Source: Laetmonice hystrix (Eukaryota). Taken from it: a stretch of DNA of 64,000 bases. The notes under the pieces are model-generated. The model searched no databases. It had not been told where the DNA came from and saw only the letters and a list, made by a program, of their open reading frames with translations. Location: NCBI GenBank assembly GCA_965235115.1, contig OZ249446.1, positions 13,392,001 through 13,456,000 on the forward strand. The letters are read 5' to 3'. Position numbers and translations under genes: made by a program. Of the stretch, positions 52,079 to 64,000 are shown one piece after another; position 1 is the first letter of the stretch; each line of letters opens with the position of its first letter.

Positions 52079-52407
52079 CTTGAACGTATGTGGGTCCACA
52101 ATGGCGACCCAGCTCCCCAGACATGTCAGAAGTTGTTAACAGACAGCTGTCATCTCGCATCTGTCCATCATGATGGCAATCAATCCGAGGATTAGACCCT
52201 CCTGTATACACTGGGGGTGTTATACCTACTGACGGTGCCACTCTGCCGGTTATCTTAGATCACCCTTGAGTATCAAAGGGGTACTGAGTATCTGTTTACA
52301 ACCCCTGACCCCAGGATTTTACAAACCCTTTCACAGTTCTGGCACATTTTACGTCCTTTTGTTATAGAAACGTTTAATCTGCCATCCGTCTGTATTACCA
52401 GAGCAAC

Positions 52408-53126
52408 ACCATATTTTGGGGGGCGCGGGGCAGATACAGAAGGGGTAGTATTTGGGGGCCAGGGACAGATACAGAAGGGGTAGTATTTGAGGGGCCAGGG
52501 ACAGATACAGAAGGGGTAGTATTTGGGGGGGGGGACAGATACAGAAGGGGTAGTATTTGGGGACCAGGGACAGATACAGAAGGGGTAGTATTTGGGCGGA
52601 CAGGGACAGATACAGAATGGGTAGTATTTGGGGGACCAGGGACAGATACAGAAGGGGTAGTATTTGGGGGGCCAGGGACAGATACAGAAGGGGTAGTATT
52701 TGGGGGGCCAGGGACAGATACAGAAGGGGTAGTATTTGCATGGGGGCCAGGGACAAATACAGAAGGGGTAGTATTTGGGGGGGGGGGCAGGGACAGATAC
52801 AGAAGGGGTAGTATTTGGGGGGGGCAGGGACAGATACAGAAGGGGTAGTATTTGGGGGACCAGGGACAGATACAGAAGGGGTAGTATTTGGGGGGGGGCA
52901 GGGACAGATACAGAAGGGGTAGTATTTGGGGGACCAGGGACAGATACAGAAGGGGTAGTATTTGGGGGGACAGATACAGAAGGGGTAGTATTTGGGGGGA
53001 CAGATACAGAAGGGGTAGTATTTGGGGGGCCAGGGACAGATACAGAAGGGGTAGTATTTGGGGGCCAGGGACAGATACAGAAGGGGTAGTATTTGGGGGA
53101 CCAGGGACAGATACAGAAGGGGTAGT
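52408..53126. repeat. ~32-38-bp G-rich minisatellite with variable G-run length, ~20 copies
   Basis: Unit GGGACAGATACAGAAGGGGTAGTATTT(G)n(CCA). Confidence 0.97.
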
Positions 53127-53209
53127 GGTGGAAGTGGGGCAGCAGGAAAATCTCTGGGTTCACGGCGGGGATTTTGGAATATCTACCGAGGTTCATGAAT
53201 CATAATGTA

Positions 53210-53330
53210 TACAGGGCAGATCGCAGACAATGTCAGACCGGAGAAAATGCCGGTGGATACGGCTGAATTGTACAGGGCAGATCGCAGACAATGTCAAACC
53301 GGAGAGCATGGCCGCTGGATACGGCTCAAT
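53210..53330. repeat. ~61-bp diverged tandem duplication
   Basis: TACAGGGCAGATCGCAGACAATGTCA.ACCGGAGA...TGGATACGGCT occurs twice. Confidence 0.85.
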
Positions 53331-56300
53331 AACTTGTTTCAGTTTCATGAGGTCGTGGTGAGGCCGAGTTATAGGTGGTCTGTGTTGAAAACAAGCCGCA
53401 ACCTTTTGAATGTTGTGTGCAGGCACTGATAGCCAACGGGTACAGCCTGGTATCGTGTGGGTACTAACATACAGCATGTTACAACCTTTGGGTTGTTACA
53501 TAGAAGTGGTTTTGGGATGGTTAGGGTTAAGATATTATGACAGAGTGCAGGCCCGGTCTAGGTCGGTCCCATGGGGTGGACTTCTTCTGATGTGACGGGG
53601 GTAGGGAATGCCTCTGAGACTGTGAGTCTCCCAGAACGAGGGTCTTAGTGACAACTATTAGGTCTCAGTGACAAGCTGTGCAAGGTCAGGGTTTTAAAGG
53701 CTGTGTATGTGTAAGGAGCAATGGAAGCACGGAGAACCCCCCCCCCCCCCAAAAAAAATGGAAATGAACAACTCGTCCTCTAAATGAGCAGATCTTACAC
53801 TTATTGAATATATCGCCATTCAATTATTTCATTCCTTTCAAACTCTCGATTCCACAGTAGAATCCGCCTTTATACCAGTGTTTTTTCATTAATGAATTTA
53901 ACGTTCAGCAGAAGCAGATTCTGAATTTGAAAACACTGATTGAAAAACACGGATTAAAGAGGGACCCAGAAGGATTGTTAGAAAACTGTATATATTATAT
54001 AGATTTAAATTAAAAGATTGGTTCTAGAAGTAGGTCCCAAGCCCCCGATGGACCTGTCCCTGTCAGGGGCAGTCGGTATTTGCAATTGCAAACCGAGGAC
54101 ATATTCATGAAGAGTATGTTGAAAGTAAACCTCTATGGATAATGACACGAGACCATTGTTACAAAGAGGTCAACAGATAGGTAGCAATGATTTACTGGCA
54201 CCCTGCTCCCCACCGAAAGCGATAACCATTATACTGGTATCATAATACACAGTCACTCATACTCTCGTTCCCACATTCATGTCCAGACTAAGTGGAACCG
54301 CCGGGAAGTGGAGTATAACGGAAATGTTATCAGCAAACCGCAGTGGTCAGTTTAATTGTCTACTTCAGACACACCAACACAATCAGAGTGATCCTGTGTG
54401 GTCTGTAACGTACACATTCTCCATCAGACCGTCAGAGAAAGTACCTGCAGCCACCACCGCCCCACCCGATCTAAACCTTTTTTTTTCGATCGCCTAGCTT
54501 TTCCCCATCAATGACTTTGCAAACCCCAATGAGAGAGTGTTTGTAATGGATTGTGAGAGTGATTCAGCTCGTGTCCTGCGTACAGACACTGGGCCAAAGA
54601 CTAGAGTCGGTCAGTCCTGCTGTGAGGCAGAGATTGCGCACACTGGACGTCTACTATATCGATCAATGTATTCTAGCCCGCCGCCGCCGAGGGACATGTA
54701 ATACCACCAGACAATGCTCATATGTCAATGGTCCATTTCGGCTTCTTTCACAGGCAGTTTTTGCAGCTCGTTTAGGTTCATTTCACACATGGGCTGTCAG
54801 TTATGGTCTTTATACTTCAAATAAATCTGTGACCAAAAGAGATTTATTTGAATACATAAGATGAAAAAGTTGTGTGTTGGGGGGATGTGGTTACCAGATT
54901 GATTGTCAGATGTGTTTTGCAGTTTAAACAAAAAATGTTTGAATATTCTCAGTTATAAGAATGAACGGGTGGACGATAGGAGAAGTGTATGCTGTGGACT
55001 GCGGCTATAGTAGGCCGACCACTGAGTGTACCCAGAGTATAAAGGAGGTTGGTAAATGTAGCACATTTAGTCACGTTTATAAGAGTGGGACTCGGCCAAG
55101 ACAAAGCATATGTTATGATTGCTCAGGGACCGTATGACGATAGTACTGAGTGAGACCAACCAGACCGAGCAGGGTGCCAGAATAACGCATGCCTGACCAC
55201 CAGCGGCGACTCGCGCCAACCCCGGGGGGTCTAGTCATGGCTGGCACACACACACAGGGTTTGTTTGGTTTCCGCGCCATGAGTACTTCATATATTATAG
55301 TTTCCGTCACAGATGAGTTCATGTAGATTGTAGAAGTGTTTGGAGCAAGACTTGCAGAAAACTGGATCTGCGAGGGAAAGTATGAATTGCCCTTATTTGT
55401 CGGTATAAACAGAAAATTTGCCATTTTAAAGATATGATTACCAGTAATTGGCCTCGTGAATAAAAGTTATCTGGACACGTTTATGATATCTATAAAGCGG
55501 TCCTACCCAAACTGATCAATCATTACAGACAACAAAGAGAGATATTTTTGACAATTTTTGTTTTAAAAATGTTGTCACAATGAGAGTTCTCCGTTAAGGT
55601 CACTATAACCACTGACAGAGGTCGCCCTTTAAGGGCACTGTTTATTGAAGATAGCAAGAATCAATATGAACACGTCGGTACCAAATCTTCGCCTTCTCCG
55701 GACACAAAGAGGCACCCCGGTCGAGAGTACGCCGTTTGAGGCGGGAGATTTAAACCAGCCAGAGACATCGGCCCCGTCATTCAGAATCTGGCCAGATCGT
55801 GCAGTGTCGATTCAAGGACAGTAACGATTAACTGTCGTGATAAAGTATAATCTTAAGTCTATACCTTACTGTGGATCCCGTAGGAGTCCAAGCTATATTG
55901 TCAGGTAGATAAAGTACCACACCGATAAATAATTCTGACCCCGTCTCGGGGGTCTACCGTTTGACATTTTATTACCGTTTGGGAAATAGTTTTCCGTCGT
56001 GGTGGTCCTTTAACAACCGGTTTCTGTGTGAGGCGAGCAAGGATAGCTGTGTGTACTCCTGCATTATTACCACTGGCCCGCTTTGGACTGCCACGATTCA
56101 GATCAGCGGATCCAATTCAAGCAGTTTAGGGACCAAAGGTCAGAGGTCACGAACGAAGGGGGCGACCACATACCTCGGCGACGGACAGGGAATATTGAAT
56201 TAAAGTCGTGTATTTCTTGTAAAGTTGTAATGGTGGGTGCCCGCCCCCGTAATGGACGTAAGTTTCTGGGCTCAGTAGTCGGAAAAGGGGGCAATAGTTG

Positions 56301-56565
56301 GACAATAGTTTATTTGATGACGATATTTTACGAAGCTTGAAAGATGAGGGAAATATGCGAATTTGGCTGGCATGTTTGAGTTAATTTTGACTGATGTCAA
56401 TACCAATACAATTGTATAACACAGGGGGTAAAGGCCCATTGTGTCGTGTGAGTTCAAGTAAAAGGCTATAGCCACTTACAAGACCGTAGCTGAAAGCAAG
56501 TGGCTCTGTTTTGTGGCTAAAGCTGTTTATATCTCTGACTGGCTTGATGCTTGCGTCAATGAGAC

Positions 56566-56822
56566 TGACCAATGTGGAAACTTTGACGAGGGCTTTTAGG
56601 TCGATGGTACTACAATTCTCCAATGCATGTCAAGGAACTTATCACCTTGTTCTTAATTGATTCTGAGCCAGGTGACCGCCTCTTGGTCAGTTTGACCAAT
56701 GTGGAAACTTTGACGAGGGCTTTTAGGTCGATGGTACTACAATTCTCCCATGCATATCAAGGAACTTATCACCTTGTTCTTAATTGATTCTGAGCCAGGT
56801 GACCGCCTCTTGGTCAGTTTGA
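56566..56822. repeat. 127-bp tandem duplication
   Basis: TGACCAATGTGGAAAC... at 56566 and 56693, with 2 mismatches seen. Confidence 0.95.
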
Positions 56823-58029
56823 TGGTGAATGTCCGTGGCCAACGCGACTCCCCCACACCCCCGCACTGGACCGATTACAAAGAGGACTCCAGGCTGAGTG
56901 GGTAATAGCGTGTGACATCAAAGCAGCGAGTCAGCCCTACCACCCTGTGCCTACCTGGTGGCATACCTAGTGGCTGGGGCCATAGGTTGTTTTGCCTTGA
57001 TTGGGGGCCGGTAAACACGGCAGGGTGATCTCAGTGATCCAGGTACAATGTATACGAGATGAGGCGGAGATGAACGTGTGGGTAAATGATTACTGGGGGC
57101 CCAGCCCACGTCATCAGTTCTGTCACCTCATCACCATACCATCAGTGTGGGAGTCATTTACAGCCAGGAGAGCAGGGCAGGTGTGATTGAAAAATATCCA
57201 ATCGTCCACACACACACACTCGAGAAGACGGCGATCAGGGTGTTTTGAACTCGGCCTCACTTGTAACCCGGAAACACATGTCCCCAGTTGAGTAGTGTTC
57301 AAGTCAGACGGCAGGGGGCAGCACGGTCGACTGGCCTGAGTTTTTCCATACGAGTTTAGGGACTCCTCGTCTCAACATATTTCAGTGACAATGGAACAAA
57401 TTCATAAAGTGGATACTGGCTGATGATGTCTGTCTGAAAGGTAAGGAAAGTTTGAGGATTGATAGATCGGTAGTCAGAGCCAGGAGAAGGGGTTGTAAGG
57501 GGTGTAGTTTGGATCTCAGCTGGTCAGTCAGTGAAGTGTTCAGCGTACCGTGCCCAGTGTCCAATGTTGTGACACATGTTGACAACATTAGCACCTACTC
57601 ACCACAGTTATTATCACCCGCGCCAGAACGCACACAGTCAAATCGATTTTTATTGTTGTCATACGAAAAGAGTGGTGGCGAGGGTCGATGCCACAGGTGA
57701 GCTGTCATGTCAATGGTAGATTATCCAGGAGTCTGAGTTCAAGGTCAGTCACTGATACAGCGCTCAATTCGTACAGCTTACATACCACGACAGGCGTTAC
57801 TGGCTAATCTCCATCATCTGTTGGACATTGAGATACAATATGAGAGCAAGGTGGAGAGATCGGACACCTGGTTCGGCTCTTTGTTTATACGAGTCAGTAC
57901 TCATGATTTCCATCGGTTAAAGATACATTTATTGCCATCTGCTCGACTTCCCGCGCTGGCATGATCAGTAGTGGTTGTCTGGCATTCGGTCAACCTTTTT
58001 ACCTTCCAGTTTCCATCTGCTTCACTTTG

Positions 58030-59883
58030 CGATGGACCTATAGATGGGCACGGCCAGAGTTTAGACTTGGTCCCGTATAACAGACTTCACATAGCAGTAG
58101 ATGGACCATGTGTTATAGATGGACACGGTCCGAGTTTAGACTTGGTCCCGTATAACAGACTTCACATACACTCGCAGTAGATGGACCATGTGTTATAGAT
58201 GGACACGGTCCGAGTTTAGACTTGGTCCCGTATAACAGACTTCACATACACTCGCAGTAGATGGACCATGTGTTATAGATGGGCACGGCCAGAGTTTAGA
58301 CTTGGTCCCGTATAACAGACTTCACATACACTCGCAGTAGATGGACCATGTGTTATAGATGGACATGGCCAGAGTTTAGACTTGGTCCCGTATAACAGAC
58401 TTCACATACACTCGCAGGAGATGGACCATGTGTTATAGATGGACATGGCCAGAGTTTAGACTTGGTCCCGTATAACAGACTTCACATACACTCGCAGGAG
58501 ATGGACCATGTGTTATAGATGGACATGGCCAGAGTTTAGACTTGGTCCCGTATAACAGACTTCACATACACTCGCAGTAGATGGACCATGTGTTATAGAT
58601 GGACACGGCCAGAGTTTAGACTTGGTCCCGTATAACAGACTTCACATACACTCGCAGTAGATGGACCATGTGTTATAGATGGACATGGCCAGAGTTTAGA
58701 CTTGGTCCCGTATAACAGACTTCACATACACTCGCAGTAGATGGACCATGTGTTATAGATGGACATGGTCAGAGTTTAGACTTGGTCCCGTATAACAGAC
58801 TTCACATACACTCGCAGTAGATGGACCATGTGTTATAGATGGACACGGCCAGAGTTTAGACTTGGTCCCGTATAACAGACTTCACATACACTCGCAGTAG
58901 ATGGACCATGTGTTATAGATGGACATGGCCAGAGTTTAGACTTGGTCCCGTATAACAGACTTCACATACACTCGCAGTAGATGGACCATGTGTTATAGAT
59001 GGACACGGCCAGAGTTTAGACTTGGCCCCCTATAACAGACTTCACATACACTCGCAGTAGATGGACCATGTGTTATAGATGGACACGGTCAGAGATTAGA
59101 CTTGGTCCCGTATAACAGACTTCACATACACTCGCAGTAGATGGACCATGTGTTATAGATGGACATGGCCAGAGTTTAGACTTGGTCCCATATAACAGAC
59201 TTCACATACACTCGCAGTAGATGGACCATGTGTTATAGATGGACACGGCCAGAGTTTAGACTTGGTCCCGTATAACAGACTTCACATACACTCGCAGTAG
59301 ATGGACCATGTGTTATAGATGGACACGGTCAGAGTTTAGACTTGGTCCCGTATAACAGACTTCACATACACTCGCAGTAGATGGACTATGTGTTATAGAT
59401 GGACACAGCCAGAGTTTAGACTTGGTCCCGTATAACAGACTTCACATACACTCGCAGTAGATGGACCATGTGTTATAGATGGGCACAGTCAGAGTTTAGA
59501 CTTGGTCCCGTATAACAGACTTCACATACACTCGCAGTAGATGGACCATGTGTTATAGATGGACACGGTCAGAGTTTAGACTTGGTCCCGTATAACAGAC
59601 TTCACATACACTCGCAGTAGATGGACCATGTGTTATAGATGGACATGGCCAGAGTTTAGACTTGGTCCCGTATAACAGACTTCACATACACTCGCAGTAG
59701 ATGGACCATGTGTTATAGATGGACATGGCCAGAGTTTAGACTTGGTCCCGTATAACAGACTTCACATACACTCGCAGTAGATGGACCATGTGTTATAGAT
59801 GGACACGGTCAGAGATTAGACTTGGTCCCGTATAACAGACTTCACATACACTCGCAGTAACAGACTTCACATACACTCGCAGT
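58030..59883. repeat. 80-bp minisatellite, ~23 copies (largest array in the window)
   Basis: Unit GATGGACCATGTGTTATAGATGGACA(T/C)GG(C/T)CAGAGTTTAGACTTGGTCCCGTATAACAGACTTCACATACACTCGCAGTA. Confidence 0.98.
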
Positions 59884-60106
59884 AAGCCTATGTGTTCTCG
59901 GTGAGTGTTACTGTATGACCCCCTGCGTTCTGCTAGGGTTATATGATACGTTCAAGATAATCCCCCGCCGGTCTGATAATCTGTTAATCAGCGGATCAAG
60001 GCACTGATTACTGAACCACGGGGTGTAAATAGGAGAGGTGGCACCAAATACCCTGTAAGGTGGAACATCTGTTTGGGGTCACAGCAGGGTTTTTACATCA
60101 GTCAGC

Positions 60107-60285
60107 AATAGTCACCATGCAGTCAGTATATTAAACTTTAGGCAGCAATAGTCACCATGCAGTCAGTATATTAAACATCAGTCAGCAATAGTCACCATGC
60201 AGTCAGTAAACATCAGTCAGCAATTATAGTCACCATGCAGTCAGTAAACATCAGTCAGCAATAGTCACTAAGCAGTCAGTAAACA
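60107..60285. repeat. Variable-length tandem repeat x5
   Basis: CAGTCAGCAATAGTCACCATGCAGTCAGTA followed by variable spacers. Confidence 0.85.
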
Positions 60286-61394
60286 CGCATGGACAGACTC
60301 GGTGCTTTCCTCCCCATCCTCCCTCAATCAACATTCACAATTATTGTATTATTATTACGTAGTAGGAACAAATCTGCCCCAGTAATCGACTTTTGTATAT
60401 GTATTAGAATCATGTAGGAGGCTTCGCATGTAAAGTGACGAAACTTTCTGTTATACATAACAATGACGGACCAAAAGTTAGTGGGTTTAAAATAATTATT
60501 AGGTAGGTGATCAGGGATTAATTTAATTATTTGGATCAGAGGATATAAAAACGGAAGTGCGGATCGAGTAAAACCACTGCTTTATATTTCGTCTAGAACT
60601 TGCTAGAACGTAATGGACATTACGAGTACTTCCGGTAGACCAACAGGGACTTAGGTCTAGGAGTCCGTCGTGCAAGGGTTCATGGAGGGGGGGGGGGGCT
60701 TTCATCTGTCTGTAGAAAAGATAACGCGGGTATTTGCATGCATGTTTCCGAGGAGCTTGTCCGAAAGCTGCGTTTGAAATGAAAGCCAATCCAGTTAGTA
60801 GTGCACTTTGGGTTGCCCGGAGCTCATTAACTAACTTGGCATGCTCACTAAGACAGAGATCTCCAATCAAACGCAAACATATCGTAGCTCAGAGTAGCCA
60901 CATTCTAGGTCTCCCGTTTGCACTCTGTGGTCGAAACCACCAGCTCTTCACGTAGGAAATAGTTGGAAGCCTGAACGGCGAATACATTGGTGCGGTTTTC
61001 CTCATTTGACAGAATCTGCCAAGAATAAAAGAGTGGGGCGGGAGGAAGAATGATAAAAGACTGTTTTACTCCGAACACCAGTAGTCTTTTTCTCCTTTCA
61101 GCCCAGCTGCATACATCTAGGCTCCGTTGTCCTCACGGAATGTGGGCCGTTCGTCAGATTATAATGCTTTCAGTCGAGGGACAACTGAATTATAGGCCTT
61201 TATTTATATATTTTCTATCTCATGAAGGTTTTTCTCTGTGAAGATGTATTCAACCGTGGCGGGTTGTAATATAATTGTGAAATTGTGAAGAACAAGGTTA
61301 TGAAAGTCTGTAGATTGTTAGAATGACGGGTCATCGCCTTGGTTCACCACCAGTATTGTCTCGGTGAGGCCTTGTATAAAGTGATCCTGATCAG

Positions 61395-61550
61395 CCAATC
61401 CTATTTGGCGGCCATTGCGGACGGCAGAATATTTAGCGGTTGAGATCAGAGGAAGCGGGCAGGAGCTCGTCTGGATGACGTCGGCACGTCATGTGTGATA
61501 GGGGCGGGGGTCGGGGTATAGGAGTGGGGGCGGGGAAGGGGTGGCGGAGG
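61395..61550 (+). promoter_or_regulatory. Promoter-like motif cluster with a G-quadruplex-prone tract
   Basis: CCAAT 61395; GCGGCCATT (YY1-like) ~61408; ATGACGTCGGCACGTCAT (inverted CRE half-sites) 61475-61492; two GGGGCGGGG boxes at 61501 and 61527. Motif match only. Confidence 0.3.
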
Positions 61551-61582
61551 TCGATGGGAGGACTGGCCAACTGTTGCTGGTT

Positions 61583-61614
61583 TACTAACGACAGGTACTT
61601 GTGTCTGGTTTCAG
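61583..61614 (+). other. Branch point (TACTAAC) and 3' splice site (TTTCAG)
   Basis: Perfect TACTAAC at 61583-61589, with the branch A ~26 nt before TGGTTTCAG|. Confidence 0.6.
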
Positions 61615-61954
61615 CTGTCACCGGCCCCAGCAGCCAGGCTCACCACAGGCGGGTCATCAGGCCGCTCCTCCCCGGCTCCGAGGAGTGACACGTACAAGCC
61701 CCGTACACGGCAGGGGATTCCATACCCCGTCTACCTACTTCACTACTACACCACCACCACTGGCGGCAGAGGCAGTACAGCCAAGCGCGCCAGTTGCCAG
61801 CCCCAGAGTGGACCATCCCATACAAGCCGGAGTAAGAGCGCCTACTATAAGGAGGTAATTCCAGCGCGGCAAGTTTATCGGAAGGCATCTGCTACCAGGA
61901 GGTTAGTTAGGAATTCTGCATCGCGCTTCCATTCTGTGGGAATTACTTCGATAA

Positions 61955-63623
61955 CAAGTCTGTCGAAGGCAGAGAGCCTCTACCCTGGACGTTTTGATAA
62001 GGAGTGTGATGAGCAAAACCTCCTTCATCCCTTCTCCAGTGTCCAGTAAAAAGAGTTCATCCGCATCGGATCCAAAACCTAAGGTCAAGCAGAAGTTTAC
62101 AGGGGCCAAGGAGAAGTTCGCCGAGGAGGTGAAGCCGAGGGTCACGCAGAAGAGTGCCCTCAAACCTCCCAGCGTTGTTACCGTCCATCGACACCAGGGC
62201 GCGCCACAAGCGGTGGCCAAGCGCTCGCCCCAACATGAGAAACTGGACCCGTGCCCTGTCAAACCTCAGTCCCCTCCAGTCAAGCCTGCCAACAACAACC
62301 GAGCCATTCCAAGTCCAATTAAAGGACGAGTGCCTGCAAGTACAACAGGCACCACCCAGCCTCAGCACTTGACCAGTCAACAGAACAAACAAACTTTCGA
62401 GAGCCCCACGAGTTCTCCCACTGGCAGGGAGGGGGCCACCCAGAAAAAGATACAACCCCCTAGGGTTGTAAATGGCCTACCGCCAAAGGGGTTCTCCCGA
62501 ACTCTGATATCTTACAAGTCATCAGAGGAGAGGCTGCTGGAAGTCCCTGGCACAAAGAAAACACCTGGGCCAGTTCACGCCACAGCCAACGGTACCGTTA
62601 GCCGAGTTCATGAGGTACCACCCTTACAATCAGATGGACCCGAGAAACGATCAGCATCTCCTGTCACACGACCATTTAAAAAGGTAACAATCAAAGACAC
62701 TTTCAGCAGGACCAAGTCAGCCACCAGCTCGGAGGAGTCGAGTCCAGAGAAGTCAGGTGGGACAGGTGAGTCTGAAGTCATGGGTCGTTCCAAGGACGGA
62801 CAGGGCGACCCCGGCGGCCCACAACAGTCAGGAGAAAAGGCCGTCAAGCCGTCCAAACCCACGTCACGCCTGGTAGCCATGAAGAACAGACTGAGGCAGG
62901 CTCAGAAGAAGAAGGAAGAGAAGGAGAAAGATGGGAAACCAGAGGCAGCGAGTGATTCTGGAGCCATGGCTGCCTTCGCGAACGAACCGCCTCTAACAAT
63001 TCGCGAGTTGACAAGTAGCCCCACGGAACACCAGAGGATAGGTCGCTTACCGCGGTCACGGACCTTGGACGTGGGTATTGGGCAGTCTAACCCTCCTCTG
63101 AGAGAAGGTGAGAGGGTTGTGTCCCGATTACCGCGATCTCATACCATTAATACCGGCATGGGCCATGAGGAACCAAGATGGAGTAACTCCAGCTCAGATA
63201 TTTATACCCATGGAAGTGTCTGCAGCCAGGAAAGTGGTAACGGTAGTGTGAAAAGTGCTTCAAGCAGTGATCTCTATGGCACCGTGCGGGCCTCAAGGCC
63301 GCCGCAGAGCCAAGGTCAAGGCCATGGGGCCAATATTAGCAAAGGCCTAACTCTTAATCTGAGTCAAGGTCATGGATACCGTGAAATGCCTGTTGATGTT
63401 GAGATGATCCACCCAAACCCACGATCCTCACGTGGGCTAGGGGTAGGCTCAGGAGGCGGTGCTGTGAAACGGAGTCAAACCTTATCGGGAATCATTTACT
63501 CCCCTTTGGAACAAATACCAGAAAGTGAACAGCTAACTAGTCAGAGCAACGGACGGCAGGTGAGGAGTGGATCTACGGATCGCCTGCTCGACGAACAAAA
63601 ACGACACTCCAAAGACCGCCAAG
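61955..63623 (+). CDS. Large coding exon of an unidentified host gene; S/P/K/G-rich, probably disordered, with multiple RSxT/RxxS phospho-motifs
   Basis: Non-repetitive frame open from 61955 to 63643 (~560 codons), first ATG at 62009, donor CAAG|GTAAGG at 63623. An internal peptide repeat is conserved at the amino-acid level despite synonymous changes. The 5' boundary is unresolved (see findings). Confidence 0.85.
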
Positions 63624-63846
63624 GTAAGGCATATCTTGTCTGAATTTAGTTAAGTTTAATTACTGGAGTCCTTGGGGAAGAAAGCTATAAATAGGACAAA
63701 TATTTACATGCTGATGTTGGCAAACTGATTCCTTTTTTCAGGTTGGCTGTGTTTAAACTGTGGAGTGCATGTTAGGGTTATTCTGGTGAACATTTTTAGC
63801 GATAGTCATCATGCAGGCAATACTCTCCAGCAGTCAATTTAACTCA

Positions 63847-64000
63847 GTCTGGTGGGTAGTGGTTGCCCAGCCACTACTCTGGTGTGAATGTCTGGTGGGT
63901 AGTGGTTGCCCAACCACTACTCTGGTGTGAATGTCTGGTGGGTAGTGGTTGCCCAACCACTACTCTGGTGTGAATGTCTGGTGGGTAGTGGTTGCCCAAC
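63847..64000. repeat. 43-bp minisatellite with an internal hairpin, runs off the window
   Basis: Unit GTCTGGTGGGTAGTGGTTGCCCAACCACTACTCTGGTGTGAAT. Confidence 0.93.

Noticed and set aside
51270-53205. 247-323 aa Cys/Pro/Trp-rich repeat ORFs (mucin-like or adhesive-like appearance)
   Set aside because: Unit lengths of 31 bp and variable 32-38 bp are not multiples of 3, so the peptide cycles through frames; these are minisatellite artefacts.
1917-64000. CRISPR-like arrays
   Set aside because: All arrays are head-to-tail repeats without unique spacers; there are no cas genes and the context is eukaryotic.

Overview
This is eukaryotic (animal) genomic DNA, probably from an invertebrate; the SINE type suggests a mollusc or other lophotrochozoan, which is an inference. 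There are no operons, rRNA, intact tRNA or CRISPR arrays. About 15 kb (~23%, hand tally) consists of more than 20 mutually unrelated micro- and minisatellite arrays, and these explain nearly all long ORFs in the supplied track. A cluster of transposon relics lies at 21.9-25.8 kb: a palindromic Crypton-like element, a KRBA2/SCAND3-type (Ginger-like) integrase pseudogene, and an internally deleted CR1/L2-group LINE carrying a young V-domain tRNA-SINE and a MITE. The only convincing host coding sequence is a large low-complexity exon at about 62.0-63.6 kb (+), which I cannot name. The most unusual structures are (i) a 333-bp unit carrying a tRNA(Ser)-like Pol III cassette, present as a tandem array plus an inverted array embedded in a duplicated 19-bp minisatellite (40.6-42.5 kb), (ii) two long overlapping reading frames at the start of the big exon, and (iii) a minisatellite built from CRE, CCAAT and NRF1-like motifs. 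I did not find firm evidence for a new biological system; the findings are leads to test.
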